Positions 1 to 12,030 of a stretch of 64,000 nucleotides of DNA are shown here, one piece after another. Each line of letters opens with the position of its first letter. The stretch's first letter is position 1. Under the pieces are notes generated by a model. The model saw nothing but the letters and a program-made list of their open reading frames with translations, searched no databases and was not told the DNA's origin. Where the stretch lies: assembly GCF_029227855.1 (NCBI RefSeq), contig NZ_CP074356.1; one strand, written 5' to 3'. This stretch comes from Escherichia coli. Its GTDB lineage: Bacteria > Pseudomonadota > Gammaproteobacteria > Enterobacterales > Enterobacteriaceae. A program made the position numbers and the translations under genes.

Positions 1-293
1 CGAAACAGATTTTGTGCTTTGGTGACCGCGGTATTGACGCCTTTTTCCAGCAGACAAATTTCGCCGATTAATGCACCGAGTAAGGTTGCTAAAACCATCG
101 CCGGAAGGTTGGCGCATTTCACCACCAGTAAAATACCAATCCCCAGCGATGCCAGACCAAAAATTGATGTCATGGAGACGCGGATACGTTCCGGTAAGCG
201 TTGGCTAAGCAGTGCACCGAGCACGCCACCCAGTAATACTGCACTTGCGTTGATAAAAGGACCGATGACCACAAGAGTTCCTGTTAGCTGCAT
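1..293 (-). CDS. yqgA: DUF554 inner-membrane protein YqgA, N-terminal part; gene continues beyond window start
   Basis: Reverse-complement translation from ATG (complement of 291-293) reads [38 protein letters not shown]... with no stop before the window edge, so it is absent from the ORF track. Sits divergent from speC as in K-12. Confidence 0.7.
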
Positions 294-669
294 TGTCTGA
301 TTTTCTTATTATGAACTTTTGCCGCCGTCGATGGCTTGTTTGTTCGCAAAGTCCTGGCTTGCACGCTTTAGCGAAAGGTGCCATGATTGCGCGAATTTTC
401 TCCTCTCTGTACGGAGTTTGCCCGATGCACGCCATCTCCTTACATTCTCTCGCTTATCGCCGTTTCGCGCGAAACGTTTCCCTTTCTATGTTACTACTCA
501 TGCGGTGAAGTTAACGCACGCTCACTGCAGGACAACAGTAAAATCAGAGCGTTTCTGCTTTTACTGATGTCTGGCGGTCGGAGCTGGTGACCAGTTTGAC
601 CCATATCTCATGGGGCAGGGTTTTCCACCTTGTCCGGTATTCTTACTTCCCCGAAACGGGTTTGCGCTT

Positions 670-2805
670 ATGAAATCAATGAATATTGCCGCCAGTAGTG
701 AACTGGTATCCCGACTTTCTACTCATCGCCGCGTGGTGGCGTTGGGAGATACTGATTTTACGGACGTCGCGGCAGTCGTCATTACCGCTGCGGATAGTCG
801 CAGTGGCATTCTTACGTTGCTTAAGCGCACCGGTTTTCATCTACCGGTGTTTTTGTATTCCGAACATGTTGTTGAATTACCTGCGGGCGTTACGGCGGTA
901 ATCAACGGCAACGAGCAGCAGTGGCTGGAGCTGGAATCCGCAGCCTGTCAGTATGAAGAGAATTTGCTGCCACCGTTTTATGACACGCTGACGCAGTACG
1001 TTGAGATGGGCAACAGCACCTTTGCTTGCCCTGGACATCAACATGGTGCGTTCTTTAAAAAGCATCCTGCCGGACGCCATTTTTACGATTTCTTTGGTGA
1101 GAACATCTTTCGCGCCGATATGTGTAACGCTGACGTAAAATTGGGCGATCTGCTTATTCATGAAGGATCGGCGAAAGATGCGCAGAAATTCGCAGCCAAA
1201 GTCTTTCATGCCGATAAAACCTATTTTGTCCTGAACGGCACATCGGCAGCGAATAAAGTGGTGACGAATGCGCTGTTAACGCGTGGCGATCTGGTGCTCT
1301 TCGACCGTAACAACCATAAGTCGAATCATCACGGCGCGCTGATTCAGGCGGGGGCGACGCCGGTCTATCTGGAAGCTTCACGTAACCCGTTTGGTTTCAT
1401 TGGCGGTATTGATGCGCACTGTTTTAATGAAGAGTATCTGCGCCAGCAAATTCGCGACGTTGCGCCAGAAAAAGCTGAGTTGCCGCGCCCGTTTCGCCTG
1501 GCGATTATTCAGCTGGGAACCTATGACGGCACTGTCTATAACGCCCGCCAGGTGATCGATACCGTTGGGCATCTGTGTGATTACATTCTGTTTGATTCCG
1601 CGTGGGTCGGTTACGAACAATTTATACCGATGATGGCGGATAGCTCGCCGCTGCTGTTAGAACTTAACGAAAACGATCCGGGGATTTTTGTGACCCAGTC
1701 GGTGCACAAACAGCAGGCGGGATTCTCACAGACGTCGCAGATCCATAAAAAAGATAACCATATCCGCGGACAGGCGCGTTTTTGCCCGCATAAGCGGTTG
1801 AATAATGCCTTTATGCTCCATGCTTCTACCAGCCCGTTCTATCCGCTGTTTGCTGCACTGGACGTTAACGCCAAAATTCATGAAGGGGAGAGTGGGCGTC
1901 GGCTGTGGGCGGAGTGTGTTGAGATAGGGATTGAAGCGCGCAAGGCTATTCTTGCGCACTGTAAGCTGTTCCGCCCGTTTATCCCGCCCGTTGTTGATGG
2001 CAAATTGTGGCAGGATTATCCGACATCAGTGTTAGCCAGTGACCGTCGTTTTTTCAGTTTTGAGCCGGGGGCGAAGTGGCACGGCTTTGAAGGATATGCC
2101 GCGGATCAGTATTTTGTTGATCCGTGCAAGCTGTTACTCACTACACCAGGTATTAATGCCGAAACTGGCGAATATAGCGACTTTGGCGTTCCGGCGACGA
2201 TTCTGGCGCACTATCTGCGTGAGAACGGCATTGTGCCGGAGAAGTGCGATCTCAACTCCATTCTGTTCTTATTAACTCCGGCGGAAAGCCACGAGAAGCT
2301 GGCGCAACTGGTGGCGATGCTGGCGCAGTTTGAACAGCATATTGAGGATGACTCGCCGCTGGCTGAGGTGTTGCCGAGCGTTTATAACAAATATCCGGTG
2401 CGCTATCGCGACTACACCCTGCGCCAGTTGTGTCAGGAGATGCACGATCTGTATGTCAGTTTCGACGTCAAAGACCTACAAAAAGCGATGTTCCGCCAGC
2501 AGAGTTTCCCGTCAGTGGTGATGAACCCCCAGGATGCGCATAGCGCTTATATTCGCGGTGAAGTGGAGTTGGTGCGGATTCGTGATGCCGAAGGGCGAAT
2601 TGCGGCAGAAGGGGCGTTGCCTTATCCACCAGGCGTGCTTTGCGTGGTACCCGGAGAAGTCTGGGGTGGGGCGGTTCAACGTTATTTCCTTGCGCTGGAA
2701 GAAGGGGTGAATTTGTTGCCGGGATTTTCGCCGGAGCTGCAAGGTGTCTATAGCGAAACCGATGCAGATGGCATGAAACGATTGTACGGTTATGTGTTGA
2801 AGTAA
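670..2805 (+). CDS. speC: Ornithine decarboxylase, constitutive (711 aa)
   Basis: ORF 610..2805; protein from MKSMNIAASSELVSRL matches SpeC. Start trimmed to the internal Met that gives 711 aa. Confidence 0.93.
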   Translation: MKSMNIAASSELVSRLSTHRRVVALGDTDFTDVAAVVITAADSRSGILTLLKRTGFHLPVFLYSEHVVELPAGVTAVINGNEQQWLELESAACQYEENLLPPFYDTLTQYVEMGNSTFACPGHQHGAFFKKHPAGRHFYDFFGENIFRADMCNADVKLGDLLIHEGSAKDAQKFAAKVFHADKTYFVLNGTSAANKVVTNALLTRGDLVLFDRNNHKSNHHGALIQAGATPVYLEASRNPFGFIGGIDAHCFNEEYLRQQIRDVAPEKAELPRPFRLAIIQLGTYDGTVYNARQVIDTVGHLCDYILFDSAWVGYEQFIPMMADSSPLLLELNENDPGIFVTQSVHKQQAGFSQTSQIHKKDNHIRGQARFCPHKRLNNAFMLHASTSPFYPLFAALDVNAKIHEGESGRRLWAECVEIGIEARKAILAHCKLFRPFIPPVVDGKLWQDYPTSVLASDRRFFSFEPGAKWHGFEGYAADQYFVDPCKLLLTTPGINAETGEYSDFGVPATILAHYLRENGIVPEKCDLNSILFLLTPAESHEKLAQLVAMLAQFEQHIEDDSPLAEVLPSVYNKYPVRYRDYTLRQLCQEMHDLYVSFDVKDLQKAMFRQQSFPSVVMNPQDAHSAYIRGEVELVRIRDAEGRIAAEGALPYPPGVLCVVPGEVWGGAVQRYFLALEEGVNLLPGFSPELQGVYSETDADGMKRLYGYVLK

Positions 2806-2807
2806 GA

Positions 2808-2841
2808 AAAAAACGGGTCACCTTCTGGCGACCCGTTTTTC
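2808..2841. terminator. Bidirectional rho-independent terminator between convergent speC and nupG
   Basis: Hairpin aaacgggtc-N10-gacccgttt flanked by an A-run and a T-run. Confidence 0.7.
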
Positions 2842-2850
2842 TTTGCGTAA

Positions 2851-4107
2851 TTAGTGGCTCACCGTCTGTGTGCCTGTCGGGACACGAACGTGTTTATATT
2901 TGAACATCGCCATGAACGCGAAGGCCAGAACCACGGAGTAACCAGCGAAAATCAACCATACGGTCTGCCAGTCGGTAATGCCGTTTTGGGTGTACATCTC
3001 AACAACTTTACCGCTCACGATGCCGCCAAGGATACAGCCGAAGCCGTTAGTCATCATCAGGAACATCCCCTGCGCACTGGCGCGAATTGCCGGGCTAACT
3101 TCTTTTTCGACAAACACCGAACCAGAGATGTTGAAGAAGTCGAATGCGCAACCGTAAACGATCATCGACAGTACCAGCAGTACAGTACCGAACGGAGTCG
3201 GGTCGCCGTAAGCAAACAGCGCAAAACGCAGGATCCACGCCACAATACTGATCATCATTACGTTCTTAATACCGTAGCGGCTTAAGAAGAACGGGATAGT
3301 CAGAATGAACAGGGTTTCAGAGATCTGCGAAATCGACATGATGATTGACGCATGCTGCACAATAAAGCTGCTGGCAAACATCGGATCTTTGTCGAAGCTG
3401 TGCAGGAAGGTATTACCGAACATGTTGGTAATCTGCAGTTCCGCGCCCAGCAGCATTGAGAAGATGAAGAAGATTGCCATACGCTTGTTTTTAAACAGCG
3501 CGAATGCATCGAGGCCCAGCAGGGTTGTCCAGCTCTGATTCGCTTGCTGTTTAGCAACCGGAATATGCGGCAGAGTCAGGGTAAACAGAACCAGAATGGC
3601 GGAAAGTGCTGCGCCAATATACAGCTGCATGTGGCTTAATTCGAAGCCAGACAGGCTCACCACCCACATTGCCATGATAAAGCCGATGGTGCCCCAGATA
3701 CGGATTGGCGGGAAGTCAGTAACGATATCCATCCCGGCATTTTGCAGGCGATAGTAAGAGATGGTGTTGATTAACCCAAGCGTTGGCATATAAGCAAACG
3801 AGTTAATCAATATCACAAGGAACATCGCCTCCGGCGTCGTGACCTGTGCCGCCATGAACAGCGTGATAGCGCCAATGGTGTGGCAAATGGCATATACCCA
3901 TTTCGCACTTAACCATTTGTCGGCCACAATCCCCAGCAGCGCAGGCATAAATACCGCGGCGATACCCAGTGAGCTATAAACTGCGCCGATAGAAGCACCG
4001 TCAAACTTCAGGGTAACAAACATATAGGAGCCGAGGGTCGTCAGCCAACTTCCCCACAGACAGAACTGCAGAAAAGAGAGGATTTTCAGCTGCAGCTTAA
4101 GATTCAT
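2851..4107 (-). CDS. nupG: Nucleoside:H+ symporter NupG (418 aa)
   Basis: ORF 2851..4155; protein from MNLKLQLKILSFLQFCLWGSW matches NupG; start trimmed. Confidence 0.92.
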   Translation of the reverse strand: MNLKLQLKILSFLQFCLWGSWLTTLGSYMFVTLKFDGASIGAVYSSLGIAAVFMPALLGIVADKWLSAKWVYAICHTIGAITLFMAAQVTTPEAMFLVILINSFAYMPTLGLINTISYYRLQNAGMDIVTDFPPIRIWGTIGFIMAMWVVSLSGFELSHMQLYIGAALSAILVLFTLTLPHIPVAKQQANQSWTTLLGLDAFALFKNKRMAIFFIFSMLLGAELQITNMFGNTFLHSFDKDPMFASSFIVQHASIIMSISQISETLFILTIPFFLSRYGIKNVMMISIVAWILRFALFAYGDPTPFGTVLLVLSMIVYGCAFDFFNISGSVFVEKEVSPAIRASAQGMFLMMTNGFGCILGGIVSGKVVEMYTQNGITDWQTVWLIFAGYSVVLAFAFMAMFKYKHVRVPTGTQTVSH

Positions 4108-4308
4108 GTTAATTTCCTCACATCGTGATGCGGATGAGTGTTTGAAAAAGCACATTTGACCGTGCGAGATGATGGGATTCTATCAACTTCGCGGACTGTT
4201 TTTTTGTTACCTGCGGCAAATAATTGCAAACATTCCCAATTTGCAAAACGAAATTGTGATGCGGATAACATTTTTGCCCCTGAGCATCGTCAGGGGCGGT
4301 TAGTGGAA

Positions 4309-5415
<1,107 letters not shown>

Positions 5416-5452
5416 TTATGCAAGTTGCCGGAGGCGTGCTCCGGCACTGTTT

Positions 5453-5731
<279 letters not shown>

Positions 5732-5755
5732 TCATCCTCTTTATCGACTCACGCG

Positions 5756-6808
5756 CTAAACCGGCGCGCCAGTGCGTAACTGCTGTAACAAACGCTCCAC
5801 GGGAGCCGCCAGGCCAACTGACGGCGGTTGCGCTAAGTTATACCAGAGCGCATTGCCTTCATCCATGCAGCCGGTGAATGACGACACGGGAAGCCACATA
5901 GGCACAATATCTAAGTGGAAATGGCTGAAGGTATGCCGAAACGCGGTCAGCTGCGTCAGGTTATCGGCAGAAATCTGTCGTTGCGCCAGCCACTGCCGCA
6001 AACTTTCTTCATCGGCAAACTGCGGGAAACAGTATAAACCGCCCCACAATCCGCTCGGCGGACGCTGCGCCAGCAATACTTCATCTTCGTGCTGTAACAG
6101 CAAAAAGTAGCCGGTGCGCTCTGGCAGCGTCTGTTTCGGTTTTTTGCCCGGATAAAGCGACCAGCTATTGTTGGCGGCGGCAATACATCCGTTTTGTAGC
6201 GGACAGAGCGAACATTTCGGCTTAGAGCGCGTACAAATCATCGCGCCCAAATCCATCATCGCCTGATTAAACCGTTCCACGCCAACCGCGGGCGTCACCT
6301 GCTCGCTCAAACTCCATAGTTTATTCTCGACCTCTTTTTTCCCAGGCCAGCCGCTTACAGCATAGCAGCGCGCCAGCACCCGTTTGACGTTACCGTCGAG
6401 AATCGGAAAGTGCTTACCCAGAGAAAGCGAGAGAATCGCGCCTGCGGTGGAACGCCCGACGCCCGGTAACGCCGCGACTTCTTCAAAGGTTTCCGGGAAT
6501 TTACCACTGTGTAAGGTGGCCACTTGCTGTGCCGCTTTATGCAGATTGCGCGCGCGGGCGTAATAGCCAAGCCCGGTCCACAAGTGGAGAACTTCGTCGA
6601 GCGGCGCATTGGCGAGATCGGTCACCGTCGGGAAGCGCGCCATAAAGCGTTCAAAATAGGGGATAACGGTCGCAACCTGAGTTTGTTGCAACATCACTTC
6701 TGAGAGCCATACTTTGTAGGGCGTCTTGTCAATTTGCCAGGGCAGAGTTTTTCGCCCGTATTTATCGTACCAGTCCAGAACCTGGGCTGAAAATTGCGAC
6801 GCTTGCAT
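5756..6808 (-). CDS. mutY: Adenine DNA glycosylase MutY (350 aa)
   Basis: ORF 5756..6838; protein from [25 protein letters not shown] matches MutY; start trimmed. Confidence 0.92.
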   Translation of the reverse strand: MQASQFSAQVLDWYDKYGRKTLPWQIDKTPYKVWLSEVMLQQTQVATVIPYFERFMARFPTVTDLANAPLDEVLHLWTGLGYYARARNLHKAAQQVATLHSGKFPETFEEVAALPGVGRSTAGAILSLSLGKHFPILDGNVKRVLARCYAVSGWPGKKEVENKLWSLSEQVTPAVGVERFNQAMMDLGAMICTRSKPKCSLCPLQNGCIAAANNSWSLYPGKKPKQTLPERTGYFLLLQHEDEVLLAQRPPSGLWGGLYCFPQFADEESLRQWLAQRQISADNLTQLTAFRHTFSHFHLDIVPMWLPVSSFTGCMDEGNALWYNLAQPPSVGLAAPVERLLQQLRTGAPV

Positions 6809-6968
6809 GGTCACCGAATTCACTGTTGTTGGGGGCAAGATTGCAGCACAGCGACGGCAGGGTGTAAACCGGAACTTTCCGCAGCCACGGCCTTATCATG
6901 CTTGCATCCGGCAACTAACTTTGGATAATGCCCGTTTTCAGAACACTTTCACAAGCGACTAAATCTTT

Positions 6969-7688
6969 ATGAAAAACGACGTCATCTCACCGGAATTTGA
7001 TGAAAACGGCCGCCCACTGCGCCGTATCCGTAGTTTTGTGCGCCGCCAGGGGCGACTGACCAAAGGCCAGGAACATGCGCTGGAAAACTACTGGCCGGTG
7101 ATGGGCGTTGAGTTCAGCGAAGATATGCTGGATTTCCCTGCGCTTTTTGGCCGTGAAGCGCCGGTGACGCTTGAGATTGGTTTCGGCATGGGGGCGTCGC
7201 TGGTGGCAATGGCTAAAGATCGCCCCGAGCAGGACTTCCTCGGCATTGAAGTGCATTCACCGGGTGTTGGTGCGTGCCTGGCTTCTGCGCATGAAGAGGG
7301 CTTAAGCAACCTGCGCGTGATGTGTCACGATGCGCTTGAAGTGCTGCATAAAATGATTCCTGACAATTCATTGCGCATGGTGCAGCTCTTTTTCCCTGAC
7401 CCGTGGCACAAAGCGCGCCATAATAAACGCCGTATCGTTCAGGTGCCGTTTGCCGAACTGGTAAAAAGCAAACTGCAACTGGGGGGCGTATTCCATATGG
7501 CGACCGACTGGGAACCTTATGCGGAACATATGCTTGAAGTGATGTCTTCTATTGACGGGTATAAAAACCTGTCAAAGAGCAATGATTACGTACCGCGTCC
7601 GGCATCACGTCCGGTGACGAAATTTGAACAACGTGGTCATCGTCTTGGTCACGGAGTATGGGACTTAATGTTCGAGAGGGTGAAATAA
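6969..7688 (+). CDS. trmB: tRNA (guanine-N7)-methyltransferase
   Basis: 239-aa [46 protein letters not shown]... Confidence 0.92.
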   Translation: MKNDVISPEFDENGRPLRRIRSFVRRQGRLTKGQEHALENYWPVMGVEFSEDMLDFPALFGREAPVTLEIGFGMGASLVAMAKDRPEQDFLGIEVHSPGVGACLASAHEEGLSNLRVMCHDALEVLHKMIPDNSLRMVQLFFPDPWHKARHNKRRIVQVPFAELVKSKLQLGGVFHMATDWEPYAEHMLEVMSSIDGYKNLSKSNDYVPRPASRPVTKFEQRGHRLGHGVWDLMFERVK

Positions 7689-8014
7689 TGGCAAAGAACC
7701 GTAGCCGTCGTCTGCGTAAAAAAATGCACATCGACGAATTCCAGGAATTAGGATTTTCGGTGGCATGGCGATTCCCGGAAGGTACATCGGAAGAACAGAT
7801 TGATAAAACCGTTGATGACTTTATTAACGAGGTTATCGAACCGAACAAACTGGCCTTTGACGGCAGCGGTTATCTGGCCTGGGAAGGTCTGATCTGCATG
7901 CAGGAAATCGGCAAATGCACCGAAGAACATCAGGCGATTGTGCGTAAGTGGCTGGAAGAGCGCAAACTGGGCGAGGTACGCACCAGCGAACTTTTCGACG
8001 TTTGGTGGGACTAA
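7688..8014 (+). CDS. yggL: DUF469 protein YggL (108 aa)
   Basis: ORF 7658..8014; protein from [23 protein letters not shown]; start overlaps trmB stop by 1 nt (taATG). Confidence 0.88.
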   Translation: MAKNRSRRLRKKMHIDEFQELGFSVAWRFPEGTSEEQIDKTVDDFINEVIEPNKLAFDGSGYLAWEGLICMQEIGKCTEEHQAIVRKWLEERKLGEVRTSELFDVWWD

Positions 8015-8042
8015 GAAAGCATACGGGCGATGACAAATGCAA

Positions 8043-8128
<86 letters not shown>

Positions 8129-8197
8129 GATGACATGTACTTTGTTATCAATCTGGGGCCAGCAAATGCTGGCCTGATTTGTTCTTGAGGGAAGACT

Positions 8198-8917
8198 ATG
8201 ATGCGCAAAATGCTGCTGGCGGCAGCACTTTCAGTGACGGCAATGACCGCTCACGCCGACTACCAGTGCAGCGTCACGCCGCGTGACGATGTGATTGTCA
8301 GCCCGCAAACCGTGCAGGTGAAGGGCGAAAACGGCAATCTGGTGATCACGCCAGACGGCAACGTGATGTATAACGGTAAGCAATATTCCCTGAACGCCGC
8401 CCAGCGCGAGCAGGCGAAGGATTATCAGGCTGAACTGCGTAGCACCCTGCCGTGGATTGATGAAGGCGCGAAAAGCCGCGTCGAGAAAGCCCGTATTGCG
8501 CTGGATAAAATTATCGTTCAGGAGATGGGCGAAAGCAGCAAAATGCGCAGCCGTCTGACCAAACTTGATGCGCAGCTGAAAGAGCAGATGAACCGCATTA
8601 TCGAAACGCGCAGCGATGGCCTGACGTTTCACTATAAAGCCATTGATCAGGTTCGCGCCGAAGGCCAGCAATTAGTGAATCAGGCAATGGGCGGAATTTT
8701 ACAGGACAGCATTAATGAAATGGGCGCGAAAGCGGTGCTGAAAAGCGGTGGTAACCCATTACAGAATGTGCTGGGAAGCCTGGGCGGTCTGCAATCCTCA
8801 ATCCAAACCGAATGGAAAAAGCAGGAAAAAGATTTCCAGCAGTTTGGCAAAGATGTTTGTAGCCGCGTTGTGACTCTGGAAGATAGTCGCAAAGCCCTGG
8901 TCGGGAATTTAAAATAA
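8198..8917 (+). CDS. yggN: DUF2884 periplasmic protein YggN
   Basis: 239-aa ORF with signal peptide MMRKMLLAAALSVTAMTAHADYQCSV... Confidence 0.88.
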   Translation: MMRKMLLAAALSVTAMTAHADYQCSVTPRDDVIVSPQTVQVKGENGNLVITPDGNVMYNGKQYSLNAAQREQAKDYQAELRSTLPWIDEGAKSRVEKARIALDKIIVQEMGESSKMRSRLTKLDAQLKEQMNRIIETRSDGLTFHYKAIDQVRAEGQQLVNQAMGGILQDSINEMGAKAVLKSGGNPLQNVLGSLGGLQSSIQTEWKKQEKDFQQFGKDVCSRVVTLEDSRKALVGNLK

Positions 8918-8956
8918 TCCTCTATTTTAAGACGGCATAATACTTTTTTATGCCGT

Positions 8957-9672
8957 TTAATTGTGCACAGAAAACCCCCAGCTAGGCTGGGGGTTCCGGA
9001 AAGCTTTCAGCTTTGAGCCAGTTATTAAAACCCCTTTTGATTTGTTAAAACACTTTGCGGTCTGGCAACTGCAAGTGTCAAACAAGAAATCAAAAGGGGG
9101 TCCCAATGGGGAACGAAAAGAGCTTAGCGCACACCCGATGGAACTGTAAATATCACATAGTTTTTGCGCCAAAATACCGAAGACAGGTGTTCTACAGAGA
9201 GAAGCGTAGAGCAATAGGCAGTATTTTGAGAAAGCTGTGTGAGTGGAAAAGCGTACGGATTCTGGAAGCTGAATGCTGTGCAGATCATATCCATATGCTT
9301 GTGGAGATCCCGCCCAAAATGAGCGTATCCGGGTTTATGGGATATCTGAAAGGGAAAAGCAGTCTGATGCTTTACGAGCAGTTTGGTGATTTGAAATTCA
9401 AATACAGGAACAGGGAGTTCTGGTGCAGAGGGTACTACGTCGATACAGTGGGTAAGAACACGGCGAAGATACAGGATTACATAAAGCACCAGCTTGAAGA
9501 GGATAAAATGGGAGAGCAGTTATCGATTCCCTATCCGGGCAGCCCGTTTACGGGCCGTAAGTAACGAAGTTGGATGCAAATGTCAGATCGTGTGCGCCTG
9601 TTAGGGCGCGGCTGGTAAGAGAGCCTTATAGGCGCATTTGAAAAACCTCCGGCTATGCCGGAGGATATTTAT
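8957..9672 (+). mobile_element. IS200 insertion sequence (IS200/IS605 family), about 0.7 kb; ends approximate
   Basis: Contains a 152-aa Y1 transposase essentially identical to IS200 TnpA as I recall it. Left-end terminator hairpin cccccagc-tag-gctggggg (about 8973-8993), long-range pairing ccccttttg/caaaagggg that would occlude the tnpA RBS, and right-end hairpin cctccggc-tat-gccggagg (about 9647-9665). Confidence 0.8.
9106..9564 (+). CDS. tnpA: IS200 transposase TnpA (HuH Y1 tyrosine transposase, 152 aa)
   Basis: ORF 9055..9564; protein from MGNEKSLAHTRWNCKYHIVFAPKYRRQVFY...HIHMLVEIPPK...YIKHQLEED matches IS200 TnpA (HuH motif HIH). Confidence 0.9.
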   Translation: MGNEKSLAHTRWNCKYHIVFAPKYRRQVFYREKRRAIGSILRKLCEWKSVRILEAECCADHIHMLVEIPPKMSVSGFMGYLKGKSSLMLYEQFGDLKFKYRNREFWCRGYYVDTVGKNTAKIQDYIKHQLEEDKMGEQLSIPYPGSPFTGRK

Positions 9673-9803
9673 TCTTCGTTTTGTTACCTGCCTCTAACTT
9701 TGTAGATCTCCAAAATATATTCACGTTGTAAATTGTTTAACGTCAAATTTCCCATACAAAGCTAAGGGATAATGCGTAGCGTTCACGTAACTGGAGGAAT
9801 GAA

Positions 9804-10850
9804 ATGGAGTTTTTCAAAAAGACGGCACTTGCCGCACTGGTTATGGGTTTTAGTGGTGCAGCATTGGCATTACCCAATATCACCATTTTAGCAACCGGCG
9901 GGACCATTGCCGGTGGTGGTGACTCCGCAACCAAATCTAACTACACAGCGGGTAAAGTTGGCGTAGAAAATCTGGTTAATGCGGTGCCGCAACTGAAGGA
10001 CATTGCGAACGTTAAAGGCGAGCAGGTAGTGAATATCGGCTCCCAGGACATGAACGATAATGTCTGGCTGACACTGGCGAAAAAAATTAACACCGACTGC
10101 GATAAAACCGACGGCTTCGTCATTACCCACGGTACCGACACGATGGAAGAAACCGCTTACTTCCTCGACCTGACGGTGAAATGCGACAAACCGGTGGTGA
10201 TGGTCGGCGCAATGCGCCCGTCCACGTCCATGAGCGCAGACGGTCCATTCAACCTGTATAACGCGGTAGTGACCGCAGCTGATAAAGCCTCTGCTAATCG
10301 TGGCGTGCTGGTGGTGATGAACGACACCGTACTGGACGGTCGCGATGTCACCAAAACCAACACCACCGACGTAGCGACCTTCAAGTCTGTTAACTACGGT
10401 CCTCTGGGTTACATTCACAACGGTAAGATTGACTACCAACGTACCCCGGCACGTAAGCATACCAGCGACACGCCGTTCGATGTCTCTAAGCTGAATGAAC
10501 TGCCGAAAGTCGGCATTGTTTATAACTACGCTAACGCATCCGATCTTCCGGCTAAAGCACTGGTAGATGCGGGCTATGATGGCATTGTTAGCGCTGGTGT
10601 GGGTAACGGCAACCTGTATAAAACCGTATTTGACACTCTGGCGACCGCCGCGAAAAACGGCACTGCAGTCGTGCGTTCTTCCCGCGTACCGACGGGCGCT
10701 ACCACTCAGGATGCTGAAGTGGATGATGCGAAATACGGCTTCGTCGCCTCTGGCACGCTGAACCCGCAAAAAGCGCGCGTTCTGCTGCAGCTTGCTCTGA
10801 CGCAAACCAAAGATCCGCAGCAGATCCAGCAGATCTTCAATCAGTACTAA
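9804..10850 (+). CDS. ansB: L-asparaginase 2 (periplasmic, 348 aa)
   Basis: MEFFKKTALAALVMGFSGAALALPNITILATGGTIAGGG...; the TGGTIAG asparaginase motif. Confidence 0.93.
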   Translation: MEFFKKTALAALVMGFSGAALALPNITILATGGTIAGGGDSATKSNYTAGKVGVENLVNAVPQLKDIANVKGEQVVNIGSQDMNDNVWLTLAKKINTDCDKTDGFVITHGTDTMEETAYFLDLTVKCDKPVVMVGAMRPSTSMSADGPFNLYNAVVTAADKASANRGVLVVMNDTVLDGRDVTKTNTTDVATFKSVNYGPLGYIHNGKIDYQRTPARKHTSDTPFDVSKLNELPKVGIVYNYANASDLPAKALVDAGYDGIVSAGVGNGNLYKTVFDTLATAAKNGTAVVRSSRVPTGATTQDAEVDDAKYGFVASGTLNPQKARVLLQLALTQTKDPQQIQQIFNQY

Positions 10851-10855
10851 TCACC

Positions 10856-10885
10856 TCGCCCCGGTATCGTGCCGGGGCTTTTCAC
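10856..10885 (+). terminator. Rho-independent terminator after ansB
   Basis: gccccggtatcgtgccggggc followed by ttttc. Confidence 0.65.
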
Positions 10886-10965
10886 TTCAGACTTACGTCC
10901 ATTGCCAATTTTCATTATCCTGATGATAATCACCGGGATAAATTATTCCTCGTGAGGGTTTTCGG

Positions 10966-11973
10966 GTGAAAAAGCAATGGATTGTTGGCACGGCGCTGCT
11001 TATGTTGATGACTGGTAATGTCTGGGCAGATGGCGAACCGCCAACTGAAAATATTTTAAAAGATCAATTCAAAAAGCAGTATCACGGCATTCTCAAGCTT
11101 GATGCCATCACCTTAAAAAATCTTGATGCTAAGGGTAATCAGGCCACCTGGTCAGCGGAAGGCGATGTCTCTTCCAGTGACGATCTCTATACCTGGGTCG
11201 GTCAGTTGGCAGATTACGAACTGCTCGAACAGACCTGGACGAAAGATAAACCGGTAAAATTCTCGGCGATGTTAACCAGTAAAGGAACGCCCGCGTCTGG
11301 CTGGTCGGTGAACTTTTACTCTTTTCAGGCGGTAGCCAGCGATCGTGGGCGGGTGGTCGACGATATCAAAACGAATAATAAATATCTGATCGTGAATAGC
11401 GAAGATTTCAATTATCGCTTTAGTCAGCTTGAGTCTGCGTTGAATAACCAGAAGAACTCGATTCCTGCGCTGGAAAAGGAAGTGAAAGCGCTTGATAAGC
11501 AAATGGTGGCGGCGCAGAAAGCAGCGGATGCATATTGGGGAAAAGATGCAAACGGTAAGCAAATGACCCGCGAAGACGCCTTTAAAAAAATTCACCAACA
11601 GCGTGATGAGTTTAATAAACAGAACGATAGCGAGGCTTTCGCGGTTAAATATGACAAAGAGGTTTATCAACCGGCGATTGTGGCATGTCATAAACAGAGT
11701 GCAGAGTGTTATGAAGTGCCAATTCAGCAGAAGCGAGATTTCGATATCAACGAACAACGGCGACAGACTTTTCTGCAATCACAAAAACTTAGCCGTAAAT
11801 TGCAGGATGACTGGATAACGCTCGAAAAAGGGCAATATCCGTTAACGATGAAAGTTTCAGAAATAAACAGTAAAAAAGTCGCGATTTTGATGAAAATTGA
11901 TGATATCAACCAGGCTAATGAACGCTGGAAAAAAGATACCGAACAATTGCGGCGCAATGGAGTGATTAAGTAA
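10966..11973 (+). CDS. yggM: DUF1202 periplasmic protein YggM (GTG start)
   Basis: 335-aa ORF MKKQWIVGTALLMLMTGNVWADGEPP... starting at gtg. Confidence 0.85.
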   Translation: MKKQWIVGTALLMLMTGNVWADGEPPTENILKDQFKKQYHGILKLDAITLKNLDAKGNQATWSAEGDVSSSDDLYTWVGQLADYELLEQTWTKDKPVKFSAMLTSKGTPASGWSVNFYSFQAVASDRGRVVDDIKTNNKYLIVNSEDFNYRFSQLESALNNQKNSIPALEKEVKALDKQMVAAQKAADAYWGKDANGKQMTREDAFKKIHQQRDEFNKQNDSEAFAVKYDKEVYQPAIVACHKQSAECYEVPIQQKRDFDINEQRRQTFLQSQKLSRKLQDDWITLEKGQYPLTMKVSEINSKKVAILMKIDDINQANERWKKDTEQLRRNGVIK

Positions 11974-11989
11974 CTCATGTTAAGTACCT

Positions 11990-12030
11990 TTGCCGGATAA
12001 TATAAAAAGTTATCCGGCAAATTATTTTTT
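11990..12030. terminator. Bidirectional terminator between convergent yggM and TRAP permease gene
   Basis: tgccggataa-tataaaaag-ttatccggca followed by attatttttt. Confidence 0.6.

Noticed and set aside
19-300. 93-aa plus-strand ORF at the window start
   Set aside because: It lies antisense to the recognisable yqgA N-terminus on the minus strand and has no recognisable protein features; treated as a shadow ORF.
610-669. N-terminal extensions of many track ORFs (for example speC from 610, pepP from 59995, epd from 41484, loiP to 32548)
   Set aside because: The track reports the longest ORF including alternative starts; in each case the known protein begins at an internal Met, so the extensions were trimmed.
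9888-10805. 305-aa minus-strand ORF inside ansB
   Set aside because: Entirely antisense to the well-recognised ansB coding sequence; His/Val/Arg-rich low-complexity translation typical of antisense frames of GC-rich genes.
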